A stretch of 64,000 nucleotides of DNA from Torpedo marmorata. Taxonomy: Eukaryota. Every line of letters begins with the position of its first letter. Positions within the stretch are counted from its first letter, which is position 1. Shown piece by piece: positions 12,179 to 25,689 of the stretch. The position numbers and the translations under genes were made by a program. The notes below the pieces were generated by a model that did not search any database, was not told where the DNA came from, and saw nothing but the letters and a program-made list of their open reading frames with translations. The stretch covers positions 50,964,001-51,028,000 of the forward strand of contig OZ360228.1 in assembly GCA_977017645.1 (NCBI GenBank). Reading direction: 5' to 3'.

Positions 12179-12444
12179 GTAAGCCAAATGCCATTGGTCC
12201 ACATCCTAAATATATCATTATCACCTCTTCTCTCCCTCCCATCCACGTCACCTGTCATGCTCTACCATCACAGGGTTTTCCTCCTTGCCTGCTGCCTGCC
12301 TTGCCTGTCTTCTTTGCACCCAAAGGGAAAAAAATCTTGCAGATAAGAGATTTGTGAGGAATTTGTCCACCCCACGAATCCTAAAATACACAAAAAAAAT
12401 TTAAAAAGGGTCTTTTTTCACTATCTACTAGTCGACCTTGCTGA

Positions 12445-12540
<96 letters not shown>

Positions 12541-14768
12541 CCTTCATCTAGTTAACCAATCGCAAAGCACGGGGGAAGTAAGTACAACCGGGCTGTTTAT
12601 TCTGTCTATTACTGTAGTGCATTTTAAAAAAAATTCCCACCCACCCATTCCTCCAATTTTTTTTTTGCCTTGCCCGTATTTGCATGCTGTTCCAACAAAG
12701 GGCCAGTTGTAATTATTTATCTCATGACATTCGACACCATCCCACAAACTGCAAAAGGTCAGTTATCTGATTTACAGTATACAATGCAAATTTGGTCTGA
12801 AGTCATTCAGTTTAATTATGAAGCCCAGAGAATCAAATTCAAGTAAGGTCTGAACAATCATGACATTTAAGGGTATAGAAACATCTTTGGGGCACCCGAT
12901 TGACTTAAGAGAAATTAACCAAGCTTAATGAAACAATAAAAGCAAGAAGTGGGACTGTCCTTTGAGTGACATACATCTGTCAGGAAATGATTGATGTATG
13001 AATTATCTAATGCAAAGATGAAATGTTGCAGTTTGCAATCTACAGTCTGGATGTATGGCACTGATAATACAACACATTCCTCTTTGGGGGCTTTCCCCCA
13101 TGTGTAGGCATATCTATCAGCCCCCGTGTGAGCCATATAAATAAAGAGACAAGAAATGTAAAAAGAAGCAGTGGCAGATATCAAGAGATGACTGAAAGTA
13201 GAGGAATGGAATTGCCAGCAGAGCTGATTGGCTACTGTCTAAACAATCCATCATTTGGAGTGTGTCCAATGCATGTGATGTTTGAGGAATTCAGATACAG
13301 CAAACACCAATACATCACATTGTTGAAGCATCAGACCATGAGGTTTTATTTAATACTGAAACTCTTTGCGAACATAGAATGCTTACATTTAAAAAGAGCT
13401 GCAGACTTACTTCATTATTAAACCGTCTTCAATCCTCTTGTATCTTCTACTGTCAAAAAAAATTACTTTCCCTGCAGTCACCTGATTGGATTGCTTCAGA
13501 TTATGTAAAATAATGCTTGTAGTTTCATGTGAAATGTTTAAGGGGGTTACCATAATACACCAGTAATGGAGTCAATTTCCTTCCTTCCTTCCTTCTCTCA
13601 TGAATTCAAAAAGAAATGTTAAAAGCAATGTTCCCTAAAACAGTCACTGAGACAATGTCTTCTCACTTGGATAATTCTTAATATAGGCCATATAATTTCT
13701 GGCCTATTTAATTACATAACATATTTTATGCTTCATATCCAATTACATTAATGGCTTAATACAAACAATATTATCCTCCCTTTATTTGATTATGCAGCCA
13801 GACAATATGGTATATTTGGTACTTAATTATCATCATCCGGTGAGCATGCTGCTGTGCTGGAATAAACAGAACTGAGTTGGACTTATTATAAAGTGCAGAC
13901 TGTATTATTGTCTCAGTATGGTTGTACCAATATGGTTACTAATATTCGGCAGAACTACTTAGCACAGTGACAAGCTGACAGGAATTTAGATTACCAGCTA
14001 ATCCAAGATCATATGTGCACAATTCTGTTGGTAAGTTCTAGTAGATGAATAGAGGTAAAGTTGATATCTTATGATTTAGACATTACATTGATAGTTGTTT
14101 TATATTAAAATTAATTCTAGCAAGATGGATGGACTCTGTGAACTGATTGACATTTACTGACAGATCTTTCTCACTATGCCCACATCCCACGCTCTTAGAG
14201 CCACAGGTATGACCCTTTCTCCCAATTTCCTTCTCTGCTTCGAGTCTAGTTCTGTAGTAGAAATCCTATCAAAATGTACGACTCGACACAAAAACTTCAA
14301 AAAGTGCACCGAGAAACAATTTGATCAATTTTTCTGAAAAAACTTTTAAATATTTAGATACACTGTATGTCTGAAAAAGAGATCCTAAGTGCAAGAGATG
14401 CCTTCCTGATCACTTGCCGTTTCTTTTAACTTCTTTTACTCTACTTAATTTTTAGTTTTTTTTATTGTTCCCATATTCCTTCTGCCTGAAACTTGATCCT
14501 TCTTTCGTTCATGAACCTCTGACCCATGAGTAAGATTGAACACATGCCGATTAAATTAATCATTTTGACTTGTCCAGTGTGATTTATTATTATAAAATAC
14601 ACACAATTGTGTAATATATCAATATGTTATACATCAATATTACTGCAATCCAATGTGTATAGAGATGTATGTGTTCTGACCACATAAAAATAACTAGTCA
14701 TAGGATAAGCTTTTGTTGATTTTTAAAAAATGTTAACATGTTGCATTTGTTTATTTTTGTCTTTTCAG

Positions 14769-15055
14769 GTTTACAAGGCATGCCAGGGGACTATGTATCT
14801 CAGGGTGGTCCTATGGGTATGAGTATGGCACAGCCAAGTTACACTCCTCCCCAGATGACCCCACACCCTGCCCAGTTAAGACATGGACCCCCAATGCATT
14901 CCTATCTCCCAAGTCACCCACATCACCCGGCCATGATGATGCATGGAGGACCCCCGCCTCACCCTGGAATGCCAATGTCAGCACAGAGCCCCACCATGTT
15001 AAATCCTGTAGACCCCAGTGTGGGCGGACAGGTTATGGACATCCACGCCCAATAG
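14769..15055 (+). CDS. MEIS2: MEIS2 last exon, long C-terminus GLQGMPGDYVSQGGPMG...GGQVMDIHAQ*
   Basis: Near-identical to the known MEIS2 long C-terminus; acceptor gtcttttcag; TAG at 15053-15055. Confidence 0.98.
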
Positions 15056-16120
15056 TATAAGGGAAAGAAAAAGAGAACCACAAATGTAAGACTTTAACTT
15101 TTGAACTTAATGGAATTCCAGATGAACTGTAATTTTGTTTTCTCTCAACGTCAACAGAGGACCAATGACAGGCCAAGGCTAATGTGAGGCCAAAGGCTTT
15201 CTTCACCTGAACTTTTATCCGATGTAAAGTTCCTCTGGAAAAGACTGAAAGATTTATTACTACTGTAGCATAAATATAGGAACTAAGTTAACTTGTACAT
15301 TTCTGTTGATCACACTATTTCTGTTGCTTCCAATAGTTTTTAGAAAGAAAGTTATCCTTTTTCCACACTATGTGTGTTGTTCCCAAAATGGTTGTCCTCG
15401 TACAGCAAATGGAGTCATGTTTCCGACCGGATTTCCCAAGTCAAGCCATAGAGGAAAGAAGCTGAAGTGAAGATCCATAAGACTTTTTTTGGATGTGGCA
15501 CGAAGTGAAAAGTTTGAAGAATGCACTCAATGACCTGATCGAATAAGGTTTACTCAGTCCAAGCGAAAGGCCTGTGTCTCTGATCGTGTTCCGGACTGAC
15601 CCTTCTTCAAAGAGCTTTTCTGGTGGAACCCTGAAGATGAACGAGCAGCATCCTCCTATGGCTGTGGGTCACAGCTTTGAGAAAAACGTGGTCACACAAA
15701 CTATTCAGAACATTCTTGGGTAGAATTTTCGTAATGAAATATCCTTTAGCTGGTCTTGCACCAAAAGAAACACCTTTTTAAATGAATTCAAACTGCTTGG
15801 AACAAGCAATGGCAACAAAAAAATACTGTAACATACTTGGTACAGAGAGTTCAGTATATTAATTGTTACATGTTAGATATCTATGTGTTTACCTCAATGA
15901 GAAATAACGAATGTTTTGCTAGTATCAAATCTGCTGTGGAATTGGTATTGTATGTCAATGAATTCCTTACTTTTATCAGCACGTGTCACTAGAAGAAAAT
16001 GCTGTTTCCCTTGCGAGCTTTGTCAGATTACATAAATACTTGTATGAGGACTGTGACGTATGTTTAAAAGGTGTTCAGTCACAAATGCCGTAATAAATAT
16101 TTCATTTTTAGATTTTTTTT
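15056..16120 (+). other. MEIS2: MEIS2 3' UTR
   Basis: Repeat-free sequence from the stop codon to AATAAA at 16092 followed by T-rich tracts. Confidence 0.8.
16092..16097 (+). terminator. MEIS2 polyadenylation signal
   Basis: AATAAA with downstream U/GU-rich element (ttttttttctgtttg). Confidence 0.8.
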
Positions 16121-16849
16121 CTGTTTGATAACACACCTGGAATAACTTCAGCTTTCTTGAGACTTTCCAATGGACTCGAGCAGAAGTGGCTGCAGCAACA
16201 GGACTCTTTTTGTTTGTTTATTGTTGGGTTCCTTCAGTCCTGTGTGGTTCACATTGCGTGCTGCTGAACACAGGCAGCTAATGTGAAGTTTTATGTTTGA
16301 TCCCAGAAGCTGGTCATATTTGAAAGATATATTTGTCACTGTTCAGTTCAAAAACAGGAAGAAATTATTTTCTTTCTGTGGTACAGCAACTGGGAAACTT
16401 AGGTTCACTTGAAAGAAATCTGTGGAGTATTTAAGAGGGTTTATATAATATATACAGTATATATAAACAGGGTATCTTCTGTACAACAAAATTTCTAAGT
16501 GTTATACAGCGTTTTGTACACCAACACTCACCAAGAGAAAAAGAATCCCAGTAAATTTATCAATATTTTGGTTACAGGTATGGGGTTTGATCAAAGAGAG
16601 TTCAACAATGGTATCAGATGCCATATCCAACTTTCCAGAAATTTCAGTCTGCCTGTTGCAATGATATCATCTGTCACGAATCCCAGAATTTGCTTTCACT
16701 GGTTAAAGTCAGAGAAGCTCATTTCAAAGAGGCCAATCGCACACCTTCTCCCAGTTCTCACTCTCCCCGTCCACTTCCCAGTGCGAGAATGTGAAGTCTC
16801 AGATGATTTCAAACCTAATCTCTCTCTTTCCTTTTTTCCCCTCTCTCTC

Positions 16850-19800
16850 TTTCTCACCCCACAACCCCCTCCTTCTCCACTTCTTTGGCCGTGAAATGAA
16901 ACGGGCGGAATTATTGCAGAACTTGGTGGCGGGTGGGGTGGGGGGGAGGGGGGTGGTGGTGTGGATAATGGTATTTATGGAAATATGGAAAGATTGATTG
17001 GCCAGAATTTGAAGTGAGTTATATTGTATCTAAAACCCTGGAGGTTTCTCCTTTTGTTTACAGAGCTTCTTAATAAAAGTTTATTTAAAAAAAATTCAGA
17101 GCCTGGGTTGATACCATTAAAATATGTTCTGCACAGGGCAATGGGTGAATGTTTAGACAGTTTACAACGTGCGGAGTCTTTTGAAACGTGGGAACTATGT
17201 TGCAGTGTGGCAATTCGAGTTTGCGAGCGCCAGAGACCAAACCGACCATCTGATTTGCTGAGCCAGAAACACCCTCGTTTGGAACTTCAGTCATAATCAT
17301 TTTATTTCCGGATCCATATTTTTCTTCCGCAGTTCAGGCACAATTCGAAATTTCAGCGGCGTCTCAATTGCAAAGTTGCGGTAAAGACGCTTGCTGAGTT
17401 TGGATTCAGTCTTACGGCTTGTTCTTTCATCTTTGCTGGTCCCTCCCAAGAGTCCCAAGAACGTCCTTCGGCTCTACAATCCGTTTGCAAAGTGGTCAAT
17501 CTTGAGAATAAAGCCACATGTTCGTTTCCCCTCAATAAACCATGCATTTAATTCCATTCTGAATGCTCGCACTGTACTCCTCTCTCTGATGTGCAGCGTG
17601 ACCCGCTGCAAGAGCTCATCCTGAAATAACGGGGCTTGTGCCAATTAGGAAAGATATGTATTCTCTAACTTGCTTGCGACAGACAGATATTTATATAAAA
17701 TATTGTGTGAGTGGGGGCGGGTGGCGACACTTCGCGTTATTCTGTCGTTACACCTGGAACTGGGATTAAATCTGTTCTTTAGCTGCAACAAATGGTTTTA
17801 ACCTGAAGACCAATGTTGAATGGTTTCTCCGTTGTGCATTTGTTAATACGTCTAAACAACAAATTTCTCCTGATTCCTCTGCGGAGTGCAGCCCAACTGA
17901 TAAATGTTTCAACAATATGCTGGTTGGGTTACTAATTTCAATGAATGGTGAAAAACGAACAACTGGATTGACGTTCAAAATTGAAAAGTTTCCTCTACCC
18001 ATTTGTTCTTAACTTTAAAATCACAAAGGATGACGAATAAATCTGGTGAGTTCAGACATTCTGTTGCATCTTCCCGTGCGCTTTAAACCTGCTACCTTGC
18101 TGTTATAATTTTCTCCTGATTAAAAAAAGGTTATTTTGCAATCTTATTGGAGGCTTTGTTTGTTGAAAGTAGAATGTAAACGTGGGAGATTGAAGACTCG
18201 GTTTATGCAAATGAAAAGTTGACATATTTGTCCAGGAAAAATAAAACAAGTCAGAGCACAGGATTTTGTGTTGATGGGAATGACGCTGCTGTCTGGATTG
18301 TGTGGTCGGAGCTGAGCGAGGGGAAAGTTTGATAAAGATTTGGTATCGACCACACAGCGAAATGTATTCTTGGGGAAATTGATTAAAATGAAACAAGCAG
18401 TTCCACCAAAGTAATTTAAGGGAAGAAATCTATAAAAATTAAAGTCCAACAACAATACCATTTACATAATTGACAACTGCAAATGCAAAACTATATTTTT
18501 TTCACAAGAAAAAAAACAAGAAAAGTCATCACGTTTCTTAAAAATTGATTGCCAGACCCAGACACAAATGAATTACTACTGAAATAAATAACTGGACGAT
18601 TGCGTATATTTTTTTTTCTACAGACTCGTTTACACTTAAGAATGAGTTAAAACCAGCGAAGGAAAAAAAATCTGTAAATTTGAATAGCCTGTATAAAGAC
18701 TTTTCTGCATTTTGGAATTTTTAACCAACCGTTTTAGCTGTAAACATGTTACTATGGTGACTCCTTGTATCCCAACCCCTAGAGCCCAGAGTGGGTCAGA
18801 GAAAACGCCGCTATTTCTGGAGATCATTTATCACTGTCACCAGATAATGATTCCCGCAGCAACCTCCTATTGATGTTTATAATTGCATTATCTCATATGG
18901 AATGATCAATGAAAACGGGAGCCAGGCATGGGATAATCGGCAAACGCCTCCCACAAAAAAAAAAACTTCTTTGCTCTTTTCAAAAGATACGAAAAAAAAA
19001 ATCTCTTTACAAACTCAATTCACGTTTGGGCTCAGCCTCAGTTTCAGAATTCCAAGTAGGTTACTATTCCGACGTCTGAAAAGTAGGCAGATAACCAATA
19101 TGAACAGGAGAAAAAGAATCAATTCGGATTGTGTTACCGCCTCTCACGGAAGTTATGACAAATTACCTGTGAACGCTTTCTCGGAGGATACTTAGCTATT
19201 ATCTCAGGGCCCAACTAAATCAATGCAAATAAATGTTCCGACTGCACTTGTGTGACCCTCGCTGTGCGTATGCGCGACTGCCTAAAATACATTTTGTTTT
19301 GCTCTAAAATCTGTCAGTTTTGATTCCAAACTATCAGTATTTATGCGTACTCTAATTATTTTTAAGGAAGGTTTATTTTTCGGCCTCGGGGTACTTTGAT
19401 ACATCTTCACAAAACATTTACCAAATTGAAAACGAATGCGGATATTTTTTTCCAAAATAATTGATACTAATCGACAAGTTTGACTTTGTGACAGGTTACA
19501 CTTGAAAACACATCCTAATTAGAGCGTTAGTCCAAAACTCAGACAAAAGAGTGCATTAATGTTATGTTTTGGGGTATTTTGCTATCTGCGGAATAAAATC
19601 CTCTTGAAAAGAAAACGGTGGTAAATATTTAGTTGAACTTTGATTCTCTATATTGCCATTCAATGTCGCTTTCCTCAAGCGAAATTGATGTCATGCAGAA
19701 AAAAAATACTACCTTCCGCCCTTTTTATAAGTTTTGCATCTGTTGTGCGGTCACATTTAACACTGAACTGCATTCACTCTGAAGCCGTTGGAGCAAGAAT

Positions 19801-22800
19801 TGGCAAATGGAGAGCCGAGGTTTGCATTAAGTTTGTGTCACATCCAAATTTCTGCTTCACTGCTGATGTCCTTTAAAAAAAATCTTTCTATATCCGTCGG
19901 TATGGTAAATTATGATTTCTATTTACCCAAGCTGGTCGGTGTGCATAGTAGTATTTTTTTTTCTCAGTGTAACGAAGCTTATTTAATAGTTTTTGATTGT
20001 TTCCGGAAATGTCAGACCGTCTTTAAGACCAGGTTCAGCTTTGCTTCCAGCTCATTTCTTTCTCAACCTGCACTTTATATATCGGTTACAAAATTAGTCC
20101 ACACCGTATCTCCTTACAAGTTGGACTGTGAACACAATGGGTTATATCCTGCTGCGTGACCATAGGAATAACGCATATCGTTACACTTCAGGTACCACGG
20201 CACAGTTTATAAAGGAGTAAAGGAGAAGGTGCATCTTGAAACTGATAGGATTCGGTTATGATCATAAAATATATCAGTGTAAGTGACGTCAATCTATATT
20301 TGTCTCTATAGGCGTCACACCTTTATGGATACAGAGGCGCGTGTGTAACAACACACCAAATGCCACTGAAAAATATTGAAACCAGTGCAAAAAGACAACT
20401 TATATCATGTAAACCTTTCCACTGAGCCTCACAGGGAATAGATCCGACTTGAGTCACGTTTTTATCTCCTTTATCTAAAAAAAAAGGCTGGATGAGCTTT
20501 TATCCAACGGAACATATATGAAGTAATTTTGCAATACATTACCTTGCAATGTGGATGTAAACAATATGATTCTTGATGTCGGAGTTTGTAATGTTACTGC
20601 CTTATCATAATTGAAACCGTTAGGTTAAAGATAAGAGACAAATGGCAGGAATGCTGAAAGACCCCTGTGTGTGTTCCTGAAGGTATAGTCATTGCTTCAT
20701 CGGTAAATGTGGATTACTTGGCGGCATAAATCAGATTACTGTATCTCCGTTTATTTTGAACAAATTATTTACAAAAATTGCATCAACAGATTATTCCCCA
20801 CAGGAAGCTCCGAAATATTTTGCATAATTATTCCTCGTGTCTAAAAGCCAGCTCTTGTTTGCTTTTGATGACCAAAGCCGGGGGATGGAGGGGAAGGTAA
20901 ATGAAGGAATCCTGGATATCATTGGCAGCATTTTCCATCTTTCCAGGTAGAATTTCTTGTTCTGCCGAGACTCCGAGCTGCAGCAAGCATAGATAAGAAA
21001 TGCAGAGGAACGAATATCATTAAAACACTTCCGTGGCATTGACTCAATAAACACGCTCGTTATTCAAAAGTGTCTCACTACGGGTTTTTTAACCTAAAGT
21101 TGAAAATAATTTTTAATAAAATAAAAAGACGCCTATCATTTCCCCATTAGGAATTTGATTTATAAACTCGCATGACCAATCAAAAATGTATACCGCTTTA
21201 TGTGAAGAATACTCGCTATCAATATTACAAAAAATATTAAAGTCTGCTGTAACAAGCAAAGCGCGAGCTATTAGAAGTACTGATTAATAACTAGCAGGAT
21301 AATGTTCACAGCTTTTTCTGCCCGACTGCCTTTTTGAATTAGAGACGGTTCCACACTCTCCAGTGTGTCTACCTTCCAGAAGAATGAGTGACGGATATTT
21401 TTCCTCGCTCTCCTCGACTTAATGATGTAAATATTCTAATTAGTAAATCACACTTGCTCAAGGCAAGACTGAGAGATCGAATCACCGTTTTGCACAAGAC
21501 GCTTCAGTTTGCCTTTTTGATTTGCTAATGGAAATATTTCTTTTAAAAAAAAATAACAAAAGAAGGAGCAACATATAAAACTCGAGATAAAGTTGAGCCT
21601 GCAGCTTTCGGCTGAGGAATCTTGGCCATTTCCAATCTGCCAAGGTTTAATTAGAAGCCCCGGGCGCGAGGTTTGGATAGATCCTCTTCTTCCTCATTAG
21701 TTTCTCATGACTAATCTTGGGTGTTATGTTGGCTTAAAGGTTGTCAACATTTGACCAATTCAGTGTAAAAAAAAACACACACACACTATAGCTCCGGGAG
21801 TCGCGGTGCACGGCAAATAAATCGTGTTCGAACCAGCGGAACTAACAGGCGCAAAAATGTTGATAATTTATCGTTCCAAATCGTTGTTATTTTCGATCAA
21901 GCATTCAATTTTTCTCCCTTAATGCAAAAAAGGTTATAAATATCCCGCGGGTAGTTCGTGGCTAATGTGGGTATTAATTGCATAAAGATTTCATGATAAC
22001 TGTAAGTAACAATCTTGCATCGAGCTGCGTTTTGCTCGGGAGCTTGACGGGGAATAAAAAAAAGTGGTGGCCGCAGGACAGAGCAGAGAGAGGTGGCAGC
22101 ATCCCAGCGCCCCCTACTGATCAGCTCGGCATCACCGAGCGGAGCCTCGAAACTGACCCGCAGCCCAGCACGTGGAGCGGAGGAGTGGACACCAATCGCT
22201 GCGCTGCCTAATGCTTGTGATCACGACAGCTTTACTCCTCAATTATGGGCACACGCGCGCGCATACAAACACAGCCGATCAGACAATGCATGTTAGAATC
22301 TGTTCAGATGGAGATGCAGGTGTTGCAAACCTACCACTTGTGCCTCAGGAATACTCTTTATAGTTTTCGCATTTGATTTCCCCCCCACTGTTCTCGAGGT
22401 TTTATATGGCAACAGAATTCTAGCGTGGATTGCGACTTATCAAAGTGTAATCGCGACTCTGTTTGCAATCAAATGGAAATTCTCCGATCCGATCCTTTGC
22501 AAGCTTCGGCTTGAGGGAGTGGGGGTGGGGATGGCTGCAAATCGCACGTTCGGGGAAGGACCGGATTACTTCGGTGCAAAACTTACTGGCATTGTACCTG
22601 AAAGCAGCCCGTGCCATCGTAGCTGAAAGTTAATATTCTGGAACATCAGCGAACCATTGTGCCGACGAATCTCCGGGGATGGCGTGTTTACCTGTGCAAT
22701 TAGTCCAAATATAGTTTATCAATAAAATGCATAACTGGCCGTAATGTTTGGGACTATATGCTGCCCTGAAGGGCGATGTCTTTGAAAGGTGACCGCTCAG

Positions 22801-22920
22801 TTTCACAGAAATATAAAAAGCCTGTTATTTGCGAAGTGCGTCAAGCAACAAATCGCACGAAATACGCGTTTGGCTTAAGTAATAGAAACCCACACAGGTC
22901 GACCTCAAATTTAAGTCTTG
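16850..22920. promoter_or_regulatory. CpG-enriched, repeat-free domain 3' of MEIS2 (candidate non-methylated island)
   Basis: By eye, CG dinucleotides are frequent here (e.g. 17160-17740, 21260-22900) and scarce in flanking non-repeat DNA, without high overall GC. Confidence 0.7.
22105..22120 (-). promoter_or_regulatory. CTCF motif
   Basis: Minus strand TCAGTAGGGGGCGCTG closely matches the CTCF core CCASYAGRKGGCRS. Confidence 0.65.
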
Positions 22921-25689
22921 GTTAAAAAGAAAACCCTGCAACATCTGTTTGAATTCAATCTTGATAATGGATTCAAATGTTTAACATACATTCATATTAC
23001 CCATTAAGAAGAGGACAATTATTATTTTCCCAATGTATTGGCAAAAACAAACACCAAGCTGTCTTAAAATATTAAGCCAATAGTTAGGGATATTATCAGC
23101 ATTCTGAATTTAAATATTAGTCCAGACACTTCACGAGGACTATCCTGCTAACAGCATCCTCACTAGGTTAAAACTGGATGAATCATAACACTGCTCATTT
23201 CACATGACGGGTATTTTCTATTGTTAACGTTCACATACCAGTGATTGTTGAGGTTTGTTGGATAACGCAGTATTCAAGAATTAAATCACATTAAACAGGT
23301 TGCATCAAATAACACAATTGATGTGTATTAAACAGTTAAGGTGTAGCATGTTTTATCTTTTGATCGACCAAGGAAATGATTTGTAGCATTATCTCCCTTG
23401 GTCATGGAAAATAAACAAGTTCTAGTAATGTTAAGCATTATTCTGTAAAATACTATGCCAACATTCGATTGCTTCTGAAACGTTACACTAAATTCAATTT
23501 AATTCATTCCCAACAGTTTTTAAAATCCAATTTTGTCACAGCTATTCTAACAAATGTATCAATACATTTCTAAGTTGAGGAAGACCAGAACAAAGCACCT
23601 AAATCAGAAAATAACCAGCCAAAGGAAGAATTTAAAAAAAATTAAAAATTAAAAAAAATGAATGGTTTTGCAGACCGAATAATGCAGCAAAACAGTCAGA
23701 AGAACTGAAATTATTGGACATAAAATGTTTTAGGAGAAAACAGGTAATGTTTAACATGTTATCAAGATACTAATGATATCACTGCAAATAATTATTGCTC
23801 ATGTCACTCATGTTGTAAGCTATTTGTGAAATTGATATCAACCAATTACAAATCACATTTCATTAAAAGTTACATCCAGTGTTCATATAAAAGGATATGC
23901 CCACAATCCAAAAATCTTTATGTGATCCATAATAACTATATTAATAGCTTTGTGTGACTGAATTCCACAGCATCACGATTGTTCTGTTGAAACAAGTTAA
24001 GGAAGCAATTTATAAATTGGATGAAACACATAATCTGGGCAGGGAAATTTTTGAAAATGTGTTCAGAGTCTTGTTGGTCCCTTATCTGCCCAGGCAATAG
24101 AATGAAAGATGAGAGCACTTCATTCACAAAAAAAATCTTGTTTTATTTTAATTATGCAAAATAACCTGCTGTACTTTTGAGTAAAATAATGACTTAAGCA
24201 TTAAATTAAATGCTTAAAGGCAACAATATTTAAACATTTGACTTAATGCTAAAAATAAATGTTTTGAAACAAAAGGTATCAGGTAGCAATATTAAATAAC
24301 AAACGCTGAGTAACAATGACAAGAGATATTAATCCACTGAAAATGGATGCTGGAGAAAGTTTTATCGGGAAGCGACATTTCGCAATGAGGAGACCTAGTT
24401 AGCAGCTGGAAGCATTGGTGCTGAAAAGCAATAGCTGGTGTCAAGAACTTTTTTAAGCTATGAAGACTGCAGCTGACAGCAATATATAGTTTTCTAATAA
24501 CAGTTAGTGGCAGGGGATAGTTTACCCTTCGTGAAAAGAAGCATTGAACATAGTTCCTTCAATTTTGATACTACAGTGAATTAATCTTAACTATTTCGTA
24601 AGAGAATCTCATAATTATTGAGTTGGAAAATAGGCACAGAAGTACATGAAGCCATTCACCCAGATCACCAGCTAAATGAACAAAGGTTCCAAATACAGTA
24701 ATGTATTTCTACCTTTGCAATGACCAAAGTTCACTCATGTAATATCATCTACCAATTCCACTTCACACTTGCTTTCAGACTTTCTCAGACATTTGGGACT
24801 ATTTAATTTATTTGAAAATCATAGGCATCATACTATTCATGTGCACTGAAGCATTGTGTAAATATTGGCCAAGTATTATTCCTAAGAGAGATAAAATGAA
24901 TCAGCATAGAAGTAAAACTTTGAAGATTGCTATGCACTCTCAAATATTTACTGTTAGTTTCAATACCACACCCTTCCAGATGGAAGGAGAGATTGGGCAA
25001 AAGCCACAGTTTCTCCGTAGCTGTTGTGATATGCAAAGTTCAGCCACCACAAAATGGGACTACTGTGGAAAGAGACCAACAGTGCGAATTGTTCTCTAAC
25101 CTGCTCTCTACAACACTAAATGCAAAGGAGGGTCAGAGGAGCAGGGGCCTGCAAAACATGAGTTGACCATTCACTCACTCTTAAGTAGTGCCCATCCTAG
25201 TGACCAGGGGAGAGGAAAAGACCGAGAGAAAAACCATCTGGTGGTCAGGCAGAAAGCAGGCATGAAGTGAGTGACAGGCTGGCTGTGACTTGAACTTTTG
25301 ACTCTCTTTTTGGGAGTAAGATGCCCATCTGCTTGAACAACTGGTTAAACGCTGTCTGTTCCCCTGCACCTACCACCAACCCCCTCCCACAGTGGTCAGT
25401 GATTTGTTCAAATAACTTACCTAATCAGCAAGCGGGGGAAACAAAGAAAACAATCAAATGACTTATCAAAAGGCAGGATAGTTTCACATTCAAAGCTTTC
25501 ATTGAAACTGCTACACCCACATCAACTGCCTTTCACATTATCTGTGGTGAAAGGGTTGATCATACTAGTTGAAGTAAAAACCAGTTCTCTGGGAGGTAAT
25601 CCCCAATCTACTAACCTTCTAACATCACAATGTTATATGCTACCTTCCTGAATGCATATTGCTCTCCCAACAATTGCAGTTCATTATTT

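Noticed and set aside
14738-14768. N-terminal part MLHLFIFVFS of the 105-aa ORF
   Set aside because: It is the polypyrimidine tract of the intron; the exon starts at 14769
24194-24217. Small palindrome TTAAGCATT-AAATTA-AATGCTTAA
   Set aside because: 9-bp AT-rich arms are likely by chance; no TSD or second copy seen
16499-25369. Short ORFs of 60-130 aa in the CpG domain
   Set aside because: No recognisable domains, low-complexity composition, no consistent splice pattern; expected by chance
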